Under the pieces are notes generated by a model. The model ran no database searches and had not been told where the DNA came from. It saw only the letters and a program-made list of their open reading frames with translations. From the NCBI RefSeq assembly GCF_022558725.1, contig NZ_CP060892.1: a stretch of DNA of 40,000 bases, one strand, 5' to 3'. Shown one piece after another: positions 1 through 10,103 of the stretch. The translations under genes were made by a program, and so were the position numbers. The stretch's first letter is position 1. Every line of letters starts with the position of its first letter. Source of the DNA: Escherichia coli (GTDB taxonomy: Bacteria > Pseudomonadota > Gammaproteobacteria > Enterobacterales > Enterobacteriaceae).

Positions 1-323
1 GTTTCACGCACGGTTTCGCCGTGAGCGATTTGTGATTTGCCTTCGTCGAGATCTTGTTGTGCAAGGCCGAGCAGGTTAAGCGCGGAAGCATAAGAGAAGC
101 GGGTACGGGTGGAGTTGTCGCGGAATACGGAAATACCTAATCCACTATTAAAGACTTTGGTTGAGATGTTTTCAGCACGCAGTGCTTTTAATGCTGCGGC
201 AACGTCCAGTACTTGTTTCAGTTCATCTGGCGTCTGTTCCCACGTTAACAAAAAATCTTTCTCGTGAAGGTGAGAGGTCAGCGAATTGATATCCTTAATC
301 AGCTCATTAACAGTTTTCATCAT
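1..323 (-). CDS. ygeW: Carbamoyltransferase family protein YgeW, N-terminal part (runs off window start)
   Basis: Reverse strand encodes MMKTVNELIKDINSLTSHLHEKDFLLTWEQTPDELKQVLDVAAALKALRAENISTKVFNSGLGISVFRDNSTRTRFSYASALNLLG, with the SxRTR-type carbamoyl-phosphate motif; adjacent to ygeV as in K-12. Confidence 0.9.
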   Translation of the reverse strand, partial: MMKTVNELIKDINSLTSHLHEKDFLLTWEQTPDELKQVLDVAAALKALRAENISTKVFNSGLGISVFRDNSTRTRFSYASALNLLGLAQQDLDEGKSQIAHGETVRE

Positions 324-798
324 AAAGTCCCGGTAGTGGAATGACAGGCAAAGTGGTTTATTTCACTGTGACTTGCCAAAGTGATTGGTGTTTTCACAGC
401 TATACCTGGGACTAACAATAAGTGTGCCAGAATTATCCGCGCGGCTGCAAAAGACTAATTTGACGGATAATGTGTGGGGTTGATCACAAATTGATGCCAG
501 CTTCTGGTTGTTTGTAAAATACGAAAACGTTTGGCTTTTTTTATCGCGTTATTTATTTGCTGCTAAGTATCAGAAATAAGATAAAGGGGCAGGCTATCTC
601 TCTTCAGTTTGATAAACTCACCGCCGTAATTCTCATATTGATATAGAAATGTGATATCTCTTCCATAATTTCATTAGAAAATGATAAAAATCTTATGTTT
701 TTATCAAAGCCAATTTCGCCTGAGTTAATATCATCATGATCTGTGAACCATCAACGTCTTCAATGATCGACTTTTAAGTAAGTCTGGAAGGTAAAGCT

Positions 799-2577
799 AT
801 GGAGCTTGCTACTACGCAGTCAGTATTGATGCAAATTCAACCGACAATTCAGCGTTTTGCCAGAATGCTTGCCAGCGTTTTGCAGCTTGAGGTTGAGATC
901 GTTGATGAAAACTTGTGTCGCGTTGCCGGAACGGGCGCGTATGGGAAGTTTCTTGGTCGCCAGTTGAGCGGCAACTCACGCCTGCTCCGCCACGTCCTGG
1001 AAACGAAAACTGAAAAAGTTGTGACACAGTCTCGCTTCGATCCCCTTTGCGAAGGTTGCGATAGTAAAGAAAATTGCCGCGAAAAAGCATTTCTGGGTAC
1101 GCCTGTCATTTTACAGGATCGTTGTGTTGGGGTGATAAGTTTGATTGCCGTTACCCACGAGCAACAAGAGCATATCAGTGATAATTTACGCGAATTTTCT
1201 GATTATGTTCGCCATATATCCACCATTTTTGTTTCGAAACTTCTGGAGGATCAGGGGCCAGGAGATAACATCAGTAAAATATTTGCGACCATGATCGATA
1301 ATATGGATCAGGGCGTATTAGTTGTAGATGATGAAAATCGGGTTCAGTTTGTTAATCAGACTGCCTTAAAAACACTTGGTGTTGTGCAAAATAATATTAT
1401 TGGGAAACCTATCCGTTTCAGACCATTAACATTTGAGAGTAATTTTACCCATGGACATATGCAGCATATTGTTTCATGGGACGATAAAAGTGAATTAATC
1501 ATTGGTCAATTGCATAACATTCAGGGCCGACAATTATTTTTAATGGCGTTTCACCAATCGCATACCAGTTTTTCTGTAGCAAATGCACCTGATGAACCGC
1601 ATATTGAACAATTGGTTGGCGAGTGCCGTGTTATGCGGCAATTAAAACGACTCATTAGCCGTATTGCACCCAGCCCATCCAGCGTTATGGTGGTTGGTGA
1701 AAGCGGCACGGGTAAAGAAGTCGTCGCCCGTGCAATCCATAAGTTGAGCGGAAGACGGAATAAACCCTTTATTGCTATCAACTGTGCCGCGATTCCGGAG
1801 CAGCTTCTGGAGAGCGAACTGTTCGGTTATGTTAAAGGTGCATTTACTGGCGCTTCTGCCAACGGTAAAACAGGGTTGATTCAGGCGGCGAATACGGGCA
1901 CGCTGTTTCTCGATGAAATAGGTGATATGCCATTAATGTTGCAGGCTAAATTACTGCGCGCTATTGAGGCACGTGAAATTCTGCCGATTGGTGCCAGTAG
2001 CCCAATACAAGTCGACATTCGCATCATTTCTGCAACTAATCAGAATTTGGCCCAGTTCATTGCCGAAGGTAAATTCCGCGAAGATCTCTTCTACCGACTT
2101 AATGTTATCCCGATAACTCTGCCACCGCTGCGTGAACGTCAGGAAGATATTGAACTATTGGTGCATTACTTTTTACATCTGCATACCCGTCGTCTGGGAT
2201 CGGTTTATCCTGGCATTGCTCCCGATGTCGTCGAAATATTGCGTAAGCATCGTTGGCCCGGAAACCTGCGCGAGTTAAGCAATTTGATGGAATATCTGGT
2301 TAACGTGGTTCCTTCAGGTGAAGTTATCGACAGCACGCTATTGCCGCCAAATCTGCTGAATAATGGCACAACGGAGCAAAGTGATGTAACAGAGGTCAGT
2401 GAGGCGCACCTGTCACTCGATGATGCGGGCGGCACGGCGCTGGAGGAGATGGAAAAGCAAATGATCCGCGAGGCGCTTTCACGTCATAACAGCAAGAAGC
2501 AAGTTGCTGATGAACTGGGCATCGGCATTGCTACGCTCTATCGCAAGATTAAGAAATATGAGTTGTTAAACACATAA
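799..2577 (+). CDS. ygeV: Sigma-54-dependent transcriptional regulator YgeV
   Basis: 592 aa ORF with AAA+ sigma-54 activator motifs GESGTGKE, ELFGYVKGAFTGA and GNLRELSNLMEY, plus a C-terminal Fis-type HTH. Confidence 0.95.
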   Translation: MELATTQSVLMQIQPTIQRFARMLASVLQLEVEIVDENLCRVAGTGAYGKFLGRQLSGNSRLLRHVLETKTEKVVTQSRFDPLCEGCDSKENCREKAFLGTPVILQDRCVGVISLIAVTHEQQEHISDNLREFSDYVRHISTIFVSKLLEDQGPGDNISKIFATMIDNMDQGVLVVDDENRVQFVNQTALKTLGVVQNNIIGKPIRFRPLTFESNFTHGHMQHIVSWDDKSELIIGQLHNIQGRQLFLMAFHQSHTSFSVANAPDEPHIEQLVGECRVMRQLKRLISRIAPSPSSVMVVGESGTGKEVVARAIHKLSGRRNKPFIAINCAAIPEQLLESELFGYVKGAFTGASANGKTGLIQAANTGTLFLDEIGDMPLMLQAKLLRAIEAREILPIGASSPIQVDIRIISATNQNLAQFIAEGKFREDLFYRLNVIPITLPPLRERQEDIELLVHYFLHLHTRRLGSVYPGIAPDVVEILRKHRWPGNLRELSNLMEYLVNVVPSGEVIDSTLLPPNLLNNGTTEQSDVTEVSEAHLSLDDAGGTALEEMEKQMIREALSRHNSKKQVADELGIGIATLYRKIKKYELLNT

Positions 2578-2586
2578 CCTCAGTGA

Positions 2587-2610
2587 ATCCGGCCTGAATT
2601 CAGGCCGGAT
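2587..2610. terminator. Perfect 24-bp palindrome between convergent ygeV and xdhC, probable bidirectional terminator
   Basis: ATCCGGCCTGAATTCAGGCCGGAT followed by ATCCTTTT; lies between convergent genes. Confidence 0.6.
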
Positions 2611-2616
2611 ATCCTT

Positions 2617-3096
2617 TTACTTCGTTTTCTCGCAATCCAGAACTGTATTTACAATCATCTGATACCCCGTGCAGCGACAAAGATTTCCCGCCAGTCCGCG
2701 ACGAATTTCCGTAATGGTTAATGGCTTCTCGCGTGGTTTCGCCAGCATTGCCGTGGTAGCCATAATCAGGCCAGGCGTACAAAACCCGCACTGCACTGCG
2801 CCGGATTTCGCATAAGCCTGCTGAACATGAGAAAGTTTTCCGCCTTTCGCTTCACCTTCCAGCGTGCGGATCTCTTTTCCTTCAGCCCAGGCGGCAAGGT
2901 ATAAGCAACTGTCTATTGCTGTGCCGTCGACCAACACCGTACAGGCACCACATTCACCCACGCAGCACCCTTGTTTGACACTTAGCAGTCCTTGTTCGCG
3001 GAGTAATTCCGAGAGCGGCGTGCCTGGTGCGGCGTGAAGCTGAAAAGGCATCCCGTTAATGGTGCATTCGATGGTAATTGTTTCGCTGTGATTCAT
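2617..3096 (-). CDS. xdhC: Xanthine dehydrogenase 2Fe-2S subunit
   Basis: 159 aa with [12 protein letters not shown] and CGFCTPG...CRCTGY motifs. Confidence 0.95.
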
Positions 3097-3971
3097 TGCA
3101 ATTTTCCCCCCGCCGCGGCGACGGCTTCGCTAATCACTTTTTTGGTCATCGTCTGGATGAGATGCAGACGAAACTCTTTACTGGCCCGCCATGAAGAACG
3201 CGGGGCGACATCTTGCAGGACAGATTCGCTGATAGCTTCCAGCGTTTGCAGGTTTAATGGCGCATTTTGTGCAGTCTGTTCGGCATGTTGGCAGCGAATC
3301 GGCGTTGGCGCGGCAACACCAAATGCCAGGCGTAATTCGCTGAAATTGCCGTTATCCAGTCGGCAATGTGCGGCGCAGCCAATCGTTGAAATATCCATTG
3401 CGTCGCGCATGGCATATTTAAAATGCGCGCTGCCCGCGTGTTCTTTCGGCTGTGGCGGAAAATGAAAGGCGACGAGGATTTCGTCATGCTCAAGAGACAC
3501 TTTGCCCGGCCCGGTGTGAAAGCCATTAATCGGGACGAAACGAACACCGCGCGGGGAGTGGATCTCCAGTTTCGCGTCATAAATTAGCGTTGGCGTGGCA
3601 GAATCTGCGCTGGTGGCACCGTTGCAAATATTTCCACCGTAGGTAGCGACGTTACGGATCTGCGGTCCAGCAATGGACGTGGCCGCAGCACATAACGCCG
3701 GGAGATGACGTTGAGTTATAGGATCTTCTATTAGCTGGGTAAATGTCGTTGCAGAGCCGATACGTAGCGAGCCATCTTCCGCCAGCGTAATTCCCCGCAG
3801 CTCCGCCAGATTATGAATATCAACAATATGGCGATAACGGTCATTGTGATGGTGGAGCTGAATCAGTACGTCAGTGCCACCGGCGAGCAGTTTGGCCTGC
3901 GGGTTGTCAGCCAGCAGGTTGATGGCATCGGCAAGGGTTGCTGCGCGATGGTAAGAAGCAAAATCAAACAT
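3093..3971 (-). CDS. xdhB: Xanthine dehydrogenase FAD-binding subunit
   Basis: 292 aa, [12 protein letters not shown] and [12 protein letters not shown] motifs; overlaps xdhC by 4 nt. Confidence 0.95.
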
Positions 3972-3981
3972 GATGTTATCC

Positions 3982-6240
3982 TCAAATCAATCCTGCCAGA
4001 TGGAACTCTTCATATAACCGTTTTGGCGTCAGCGGCAGTGTATTGATTGCAACACCGGTAGCCATCTTCACCGCGTTACGAATAGCAGCGGCAACAGGAA
4101 TTATTGGTGGCTCACCCAGTGACTTATGTCCGTATGCGGATTGCGGCTCATTGATTTCGACGAACGCGCTTTCCAGTTGTGGCAGATCCGGCATGGTCGG
4201 CATTTTGTAATCCAGCAGATTGGGGTTACGGACCACGCCGCTTTTAGCATCGATGATCATCTCTTCAAATAGCGCCCAGCCAATGCCCATTCCCATTCCG
4301 CCGTGTACCTGACCTTCTGCCAGCAGTGGATTAAGAATATGCCCTGAATCATGAACGTTGAGGATGCGGTTGATGGTGACTTTGCACAGCGCAATATCGA
4401 CCGTCAGATCAACAAAGGTACAGCCAAACGCCGGTGGGTTAGTGGTGGTTTTGATGGAGCTTTCAGCAGAGAGCTGCCCGCCGCGTTCAGGGTGGTAGAA
4501 AGCGTCCATCGCCAAATCTTTTAACGACATTAACGGCTCTTCCGGTCGTTCAACCAGCACGATATGGCCTTTTATCAGGGTCAGATTCATCGCTGACTGA
4601 TGTAGCATGACTGCGGCGTGAGCGATGATTTTCTCTTTTAATAATAGTGCCGCACTGCGCAGCGCAGGCGCGGCAACATAGCTCTGGCGTGAGGCAAATG
4701 CGCCGGGATCGAACGGCGTAACGTCGGTATCTTGAGTTGAAATAACGCGAACGTCGCTGACCGGAACCCCCACGGTTTCTGCCACCATTTGCGAGAAGAC
4801 GGTGTCGGCACCCTGACCGATTTCCGTCGCGCCGCTTTGCACGTTGATGGTTCCATCCTGATTCATCAGAAGGCGCGCGCCTGCTATTTCTACGCCGACA
4901 GGCCAGGTGTTAGAGGTGTAGCTAAAACAGGCGACGCCAACGCCGCGGCGCAAATTGCCTTGCTGGTTCTGGCATTCTGCACGGCGTTTTTCCCATTCAA
5001 AGATTTTCCGGCCTTTTTCAAGACACTCCGGCAACCCTGCGCTGTAAATACGTTTGCCCGTGAGCGGATTAGCATCTCCTTCGCGGGCGGCGTTGCGTAA
5101 ACGAATTTCAACAGGATCAATACCTAACGCTGTCGCGGCGTCATCAAGCATAGACTCAACGGCAAATACGACTTGTGGCGCGCCATAACCACGCATCGCA
5201 CCAGCCGAGGGGAGGTTGGTATAGCAGGTCTTTGAACTGTAAGCGTAGGCACAACGAGGATAAAGGTAAGCGACTTTATTCCCCCCCGCAGAAGCGATGG
5301 AGTGCCCGTGAGATGCATAAGCGCCGGTGTTAGACAGAACATCCAGACTATAACCTTTCAATGTTCCGTCGCGGTTCACGCCCATTTGCCCGTCAATGGT
5401 AAAAGCGTGGCGGGTACGGGTTGCGAGGAAACACTCTTCACGGCTAAGGGAAACTTTCACCGGAATGCCGCCAAGCTTGCTGGTCAGGAATGCCGCCATT
5501 GGCTCTTCCAGTACATCCTGTTTATTACCAAAACCGCCACCGACAAATGGTTTGATGACTCGTACGCATGACCAGGGAATATCCAGCGCCTGACCAACCA
5601 CGCGGCGAACAATGTGCGGGATCTGGGTGCTGGAAACGATGGTAATTCGCGAGTCATCCTCCATCCACGCCAGCGATGTTACGCTTTCCATGTGACAATG
5701 TTGAATAACGGGGGTCTGATAGTGCCCCTGTACCTGGTAGTCGGCGGCATCGATTGTTTGTTGGACATTACCCGTCGACATCGTGCTTTGTTTCAGTAAA
5801 TTGCCACCGTTATGGATTGGTGCAGCGTCTTCTGCCAGCGCCGCTTCTGGCGTGGTGATAACGGGTAATTCTTGCCACTCAATGCTGACCAATTGCGCCG
5901 CTTTTTCTGCCGTGAGTTCATCGCGGGCCACGACGATGGCAACGGCGTCACCATGATGACGAACATGGCGAGTTAGCAGTGCGCGATCGGCGGTATCGCG
6001 CTTGTTTTCGTCAAGTGTCCAGGCATGCCCAGCTGTAGCGAATGGAATATCAGGCACATCTTCCCAGGTAAAAATCGCCAGTACGCCCGGCAAACTTCTG
6101 GCTTGTTCATCATTAATACTTACGGCATAACCATGTGCGATAGGGCTACGTACATATTTCGCATAACACATGCCCGCCATAACATAATCGTCAGTATATC
6201 GTGCCCGCCCGGTGACCTTAGCAATGGCATCGACGCGCAT
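3982..6240 (-). CDS. xdhA: Xanthine dehydrogenase molybdenum-binding subunit
   Basis: Molybdopterin-binding family motifs (PFVGGGFGNKQD, GAMRGYGAPQ). Start set at MRVDAIAKVTG within the 765 aa ORF. Confidence 0.95.
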   Translation of the reverse strand: MRVDAIAKVTGRARYTDDYVMAGMCYAKYVRSPIAHGYAVSINDEQARSLPGVLAIFTWEDVPDIPFATAGHAWTLDENKRDTADRALLTRHVRHHGDAVAIVVARDELTAEKAAQLVSIEWQELPVITTPEAALAEDAAPIHNGGNLLKQSTMSTGNVQQTIDAADYQVQGHYQTPVIQHCHMESVTSLAWMEDDSRITIVSSTQIPHIVRRVVGQALDIPWSCVRVIKPFVGGGFGNKQDVLEEPMAAFLTSKLGGIPVKVSLSREECFLATRTRHAFTIDGQMGVNRDGTLKGYSLDVLSNTGAYASHGHSIASAGGNKVAYLYPRCAYAYSSKTCYTNLPSAGAMRGYGAPQVVFAVESMLDDAATALGIDPVEIRLRNAAREGDANPLTGKRIYSAGLPECLEKGRKIFEWEKRRAECQNQQGNLRRGVGVACFSYTSNTWPVGVEIAGARLLMNQDGTINVQSGATEIGQGADTVFSQMVAETVGVPVSDVRVISTQDTDVTPFDPGAFASRQSYVAAPALRSAALLLKEKIIAHAAVMLHQSAMNLTLIKGHIVLVERPEEPLMSLKDLAMDAFYHPERGGQLSAESSIKTTTNPPAFGCTFVDLTVDIALCKVTINRILNVHDSGHILNPLLAEGQVHGGMGMGIGWALFEEMIIDAKSGVVRNPNLLDYKMPTMPDLPQLESAFVEINEPQSAYGHKSLGEPPIIPVAAAIRNAVKMATGVAINTLPLTPKRLYEEFHLAGLI

Positions 6241-6693
6241 GCATGATTCACCCGTAGCGGTTGCTTCCCGCGCTTCCATAGAAATCCCCTCGATTTGAAC
6301 ATTTGGTTCTTATGGCAAAGATTTAGTCTAAGCAGGCAAGATTTACGCCAGAAACGACGATAAGCGTTAGGGGAGGTAGGAAGTGTGATGACGTTAAAAA
6401 AACACAGATATGATACGAAACAGGACTCTGAATAGGGGCAGTGATACGTATCAATATGAGTGGCGATAAAATCAATGTGATAAATTGGGATTATTACGCA
6501 TCAGGATGGGAAATAGGGTAAAAAGTCAGGAAGTTCGATACCTCTACAGCGAATATTTTGCTGATGATACTTCCCTTTGCCAAATGAAATTAACCTCTTT
6601 CTCTATTACCACGTTTTTCCAGAAGCAAGAGATTGGGTATCAAGAGGCTGGCTGCTATGATAAGGCGTCTTGTTTTTTAAGCGAGGAAAGATT

Positions 6694-7449
6694 TTGAGTG
6701 CGGGACGCCTGAATAAAAAATCTCTGGGTATCGTGATGTTGTTATCGGTTGGACTGCTTTTGGCGGGCTGTTCGGGTAGCAAATCATCCGATACAGGAAC
6801 GTATTCCGGCTCCGTTTACACCGTGAAACGGGGGGATACGCTATATCGTATTTCGCGCACCACGGGAACCAGCGTAAAAGAACTGGCGCGACTGAACGGC
6901 ATTTCCCCCCCTTACACCATTGAAGTTGGTCAGAAACTAAAACTGGGTGGGGCGAAAAGTAGCAGTATTACACGTAAATCAACCGCCAAATCAACGACCA
7001 AAACCGCATCGGTTACACCGTCATCAGCGGTACCGAAATCATCCTGGCCGCCAGTAGGGCAACGTTGTTGGTTATGGCCAACGACAGGGAAAGTTATCAT
7101 GCCGTATTCGACAGCAGATGGCGGCAATAAAGGGATTGATATCTCAGCTCCACGGGGTACACCTATTTACGCCGCGGGTGCAGGAAAGGTGGTGTATGTG
7201 GGCAACCAGCTGCGTGGCTACGGTAATCTCATCATGATTAAACACAGTGAAGATTACATTACGGCTTACGCCCATAATGACACGATGCTGGTAAATAATG
7301 GGCAAAGCGTGAAGGTTGGGCAAAAAATCGCCACTATGGGGAGCACGGATGCGGCATCTGTTCGCCTGCATTTCCAGATTCGTTACCGTGCAACGGCAAT
7401 TGATCCGCTACGTTACTTGCCGCCTCAGGGCAGCAAGCCAAAATGCTGA
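6694..7449 (+). CDS. ygeR: Lipoprotein with LysM and M23 (LytM) domains, amidase activator YgeR/ActS
   Basis: Lipobox LLLAGC, LysM YTVKRGDTLYRISRTTGTSVKELARLNGI, LytM domain; probable TTG start at 6694. Confidence 0.93.
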   Translation: MSAGRLNKKSLGIVMLLSVGLLLAGCSGSKSSDTGTYSGSVYTVKRGDTLYRISRTTGTSVKELARLNGISPPYTIEVGQKLKLGGAKSSSITRKSTAKSTTKTASVTPSSAVPKSSWPPVGQRCWLWPTTGKVIMPYSTADGGNKGIDISAPRGTPIYAAGAGKVVYVGNQLRGYGNLIMIKHSEDYITAYAHNDTMLVNNGQSVKVGQKIATMGSTDAASVRLHFQIRYRATAIDPLRYLPPQGSKPKC

Positions 7450-7527
7450 TGGCGAATTAATCAGCAGTCAGCAGCGTGGCACTTGCTAAGGAGAGCGTAA
7501 GGTTTATAATGCCTTACGCATCTCGAA

Positions 7528-7601
7528 GCGGGCGTAGTTCAATGGTAGAACGAGAGCTTCCCAAGCTCTATACGAGGGTTCGATTCCCTTCGCCCGCTCC
7601 A
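7528..7601 (+). tRNA. glyU: tRNA-Gly (anticodon CCC)
   Basis: GCGGGCGTAGTTCAATGGTAGAACGAGAGCTTCCCAAGCTCTATACGAGGGTTCGATTCCCTTCGCCCGCTCCA; acceptor stem GCGGGCG/CGCCCGC; anticodon CCC at 7560-7562. Confidence 0.97.
7585..7601 (+). repeat. Left attachment core (att) within the tRNA-Gly 3' end
   Basis: TCCCTTCGCCCGCTCCA, identical to 13981-13997. Confidence 0.88.
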
Positions 7602-7674
7602 TGACCTTTCTTAAAGTATTCCAACTTACTGAATCCTAAGGGATACGGCTTTAAGCCTCCTGATAGTTTTACTC

Positions 7675-7696
7675 ACTGTAACCAACACTGTAACCC
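7675..7696 (+). repeat. Two direct copies of CACTGTAACC, possible integrase arm-type sites
   Basis: CACTGTAACC AA CACTGTAACC between tRNA and integrase. Confidence 0.4.
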
Positions 7697-7755
7697 TGTA
7701 GCGACCAAGCTACGCCCTTATGTTGACACAGTGAGCGGACCTAGGGTCTCAGTAC

Positions 7756-9345
7756 ATGCTCAATTCCTACACCTACCTTTACCAGCGTAACGGCGTCTAC
7801 TATTTTCGTCTTCGAGTTAGACAATCAAACAATGATAGAATGACCTCAGTTTCATTAAGGACCAAGGATAGACGAACCGCTATGGCTCACTCCCGGCATA
7901 TTAAGGCAGCACTCAAGGCAATCCATGCGGATGACCCTACAGCCTCCTATGAGGATATGAGGGGCCATCTACGGGATGTCGCTGAGTGGGAACTTTCAAC
8001 GGGACGCTCTGACCTCTTCGAGCCGGACATGAGGGATATCTATCGGGACCAGTACGGAGAACTTGGCGAGAGTCTTACCGATGCTCTGGCTAGTGAACCG
8101 CTGAGTATTGACCAGCATCGCTACATCAATGAGGCCCTAAAGGTACTCAAGGCTTGCATGAGGCGTATCGAAGCGGGAGACAGTCAGTCACTGATAGATT
8201 ATGTCGATCGTTTTGAGGGTATTAATCGGCAGGATGGCCAAGCCTCTGTGTCCCTATCTGTTAGTGCTCCTGAAGTAAAACCAGTAATCACACCAAGCGT
8301 CACTGTGGCTAGCCTCTTTGAACAATACGAAGCGGAGAACGCTCAGAACTGGAAGCCTGCTACCTTAAGGGAAAACCAATCGTCTCACGCTGCGTTAATC
8401 GAAATCTTTGACTATCTGGGTCTTGGTGCTGACGCCAATACGGTAACACGCGCTGACGTGCTTAGAGTCCGTGATGTCCTCCAGCAGTTACCGAAGAACC
8501 GCAAGCAGCGCTTTAAGGATGCCCCGTTGGTTGACCTGCTAGGCCGTGAAGAGAAAACAGATTGTCTGGATGTAGTCACCATCAACAATAAATATCTCAT
8601 TAAGATGGCGGCTGTCTTTAAGTGGGCTGTTCGTAATGACCTGATTAAAAAGAACATGACTGAGGGGCTGGAACTAAAGGTTCCCCAGCGTAAAGCCTCA
8701 GAGGCCCGCAATGCTTTCTCTACGGAGCAGGTAGGTCAACTGCTGGTTGCCGCTAAGTCATACTCTCAGAAGACCTCAGGCAAGCCTTATCACTATTACG
8801 TTACGGCGCTGGCGGCTATCACTGGTGCGCGACTCAATGAAGTAGCTCAACTTCAGGTAAAAGACGTTAGGGTCACTGAGGCCGGGACCGTTTATATTCA
8901 TATCAATGAGGATGACAGCAGCCTGCCCGGTAAGAGCATCAAGAACGCCCACAGTGATCGCTGTGTCCCTCTGGTTGATGGTGCCTACGGTTTTGTATTG
9001 GCTGACTTTATGGACCTTTTAGAAGCCCGTAGAAACGCTGGGAGTGAAGATGCTATGGTATTCGATGGTCTGCGTCTCATGAAAAACGGCTACGGTGAGC
9101 AGGTGAGCAAGTGGTTTAACAGAACGTTGTTACCTAAGGTCATTACTGACCGTGACGGCTTAGCTTTCCACTCGTTTAGACATACGGTCGCCACTCAGTT
9201 AAAACAGCATGGCGTCGAGTTGGCTTACGCTCAGGCTATTATGGGGCATAGCTCAGGGTCTATTACTTATGACCGCTACGCTAAAGAGGTTGAGGTAGAC
9301 CGATTGGTTAACGTTCTGGCTGATGTTTATAAGGAGGTAAAGTAA
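7756..9345 (+). CDS. Tyrosine recombinase / phage-type integrase
   Basis: 529 aa, C-terminus TGARLNEVAQL...HSFRHTVATQLKQHGVELAYAQAIMGHSSGSITYDRYAK (R, HxxR and Tyr catalytic residues); adjacent to tRNA. Confidence 0.95.
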   Translation: MLNSYTYLYQRNGVYYFRLRVRQSNNDRMTSVSLRTKDRRTAMAHSRHIKAALKAIHADDPTASYEDMRGHLRDVAEWELSTGRSDLFEPDMRDIYRDQYGELGESLTDALASEPLSIDQHRYINEALKVLKACMRRIEAGDSQSLIDYVDRFEGINRQDGQASVSLSVSAPEVKPVITPSVTVASLFEQYEAENAQNWKPATLRENQSSHAALIEIFDYLGLGADANTVTRADVLRVRDVLQQLPKNRKQRFKDAPLVDLLGREEKTDCLDVVTINNKYLIKMAAVFKWAVRNDLIKKNMTEGLELKVPQRKASEARNAFSTEQVGQLLVAAKSYSQKTSGKPYHYYVTALAAITGARLNEVAQLQVKDVRVTEAGTVYIHINEDDSSLPGKSIKNAHSDRCVPLVDGAYGFVLADFMDLLEARRNAGSEDAMVFDGLRLMKNGYGEQVSKWFNRTLLPKVITDRDGLAFHSFRHTVATQLKQHGVELAYAQAIMGHSSGSITYDRYAKEVEVDRLVNVLADVYKEVK

Positions 9346-9978
9346 ATGGCGGTTCCATATGAACCAGCGGAGTTTGATAAAGAGGCTTTTAACTGTCCGT
9401 ATTGTCAGGCTTATGCTAAGCAAACATGGGGGCGATTATATCCGTACTATGAAGACACGGGTTTCCCTATGCATGTATCACAATGTGAGCGCTGTGGGGA
9501 ATATTCATATTGGTTCGAAAAGTCCCTTCTGATTCCTGCTTCTGCGAATGTTGAAATGCCAAATCCAGACATGCCGGAAGACTGTAAGTCCGACTACATG
9601 GAAGCCAGAAGCATCGTTAACCTGTCTCCTAAAGGGGCCGCAGCACTCCTCCGCCTGTGTCTCCAGAAGTTAATGGTTCACTTGGGTGAGCCGGGAGAGA
9701 ACATAAACAAAGACATCAAGTCTCTCGTTGAGAAAGGTCTTCCTCCCCGTATCCAACAAGCTGCTGACATTTGCCGTATCGTTGGTAATCAGGCCGTGCA
9801 TCCCGGAGAGATTAGCCTTGATGATGACCCTCAGTTAACACATGGTCTCTTTAAGTTATTGAATATCATTGTTGATGACCGCATCACCAGACCTAAAGAA
9901 ATCGAAGCGATGTTCCAGAGTATGCCTGAAGGTCCCCGACAAAATATCGAAAAGCGGGACAGCAAGGCTGGCGGATAG
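9346..9978 (+). CDS. DUF4145-like protein with N-terminal Cys-rich motif, accessory gene of unknown role
   Basis: 210 aa; [12 protein letters not shown]...CERCGE zinc-ribbon-like N-terminus, then [22 protein letters not shown]...[38 protein letters not shown], which resembles DUF4145. Starts immediately after the integrase stop. Confidence 0.7.
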   Translation: MAVPYEPAEFDKEAFNCPYCQAYAKQTWGRLYPYYEDTGFPMHVSQCERCGEYSYWFEKSLLIPASANVEMPNPDMPEDCKSDYMEARSIVNLSPKGAAALLRLCLQKLMVHLGEPGENINKDIKSLVEKGLPPRIQQAADICRIVGNQAVHPGEISLDDDPQLTHGLFKLLNIIVDDRITRPKEIEAMFQSMPEGPRQNIEKRDSKAGG

Positions 9979-9986
9979 TCCTTCGG

Positions 9987-10009
9987 AATTAGGGCACACT
10001 ATAGGGGGA
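9987..10009 (+). promoter_or_regulatory. Phage single-subunit RNAP promoter, K11-like
   Basis: AATTAGGGCACACTATAGGGGGA; one mismatch to AATTAGGGCACACTATAGGGAGA. Confidence 0.85.
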
Positions 10010-10013
10010 AGTC

Positions 10014-10036
10014 TAATACGACTCACTATAGGGAGA
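10014..10036 (+). promoter_or_regulatory. Exact T7 RNA polymerase consensus (class III) promoter
   Basis: TAATACGACTCACTATAGGGAGA, 23/23 match to the T7 consensus. Confidence 0.95.
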
Positions 10037-10080
10037 TACGCCAAATCACCTTGATAATTGACTATATGTCAAGCATTTTG

Positions 10081-10103
10081 AATTAGGGCACACTATAGGG
10101 AGA
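10081..10103 (+). promoter_or_regulatory. Phage single-subunit RNAP promoter, K11-like
   Basis: AATTAGGGCACACTATAGGGAGA; shares the -7 to +6 block CACTATAGGGAGA with the T7 promoter but has a different upstream specificity block. Confidence 0.88.

Noticed and set aside
3034-3465. 143 aa plus-strand ORF over xdhC/xdhB
   Set aside because: Antisense to conserved xanthine dehydrogenase genes, no support.
10014-10036. T7 promoter as vector or cloning contamination
   Set aside because: It lies inside a natural tRNA-integrated element between two differently specified phage promoters not used in common vectors, with no vector sequence nearby. Raw-read confirmation would still be worthwhile.
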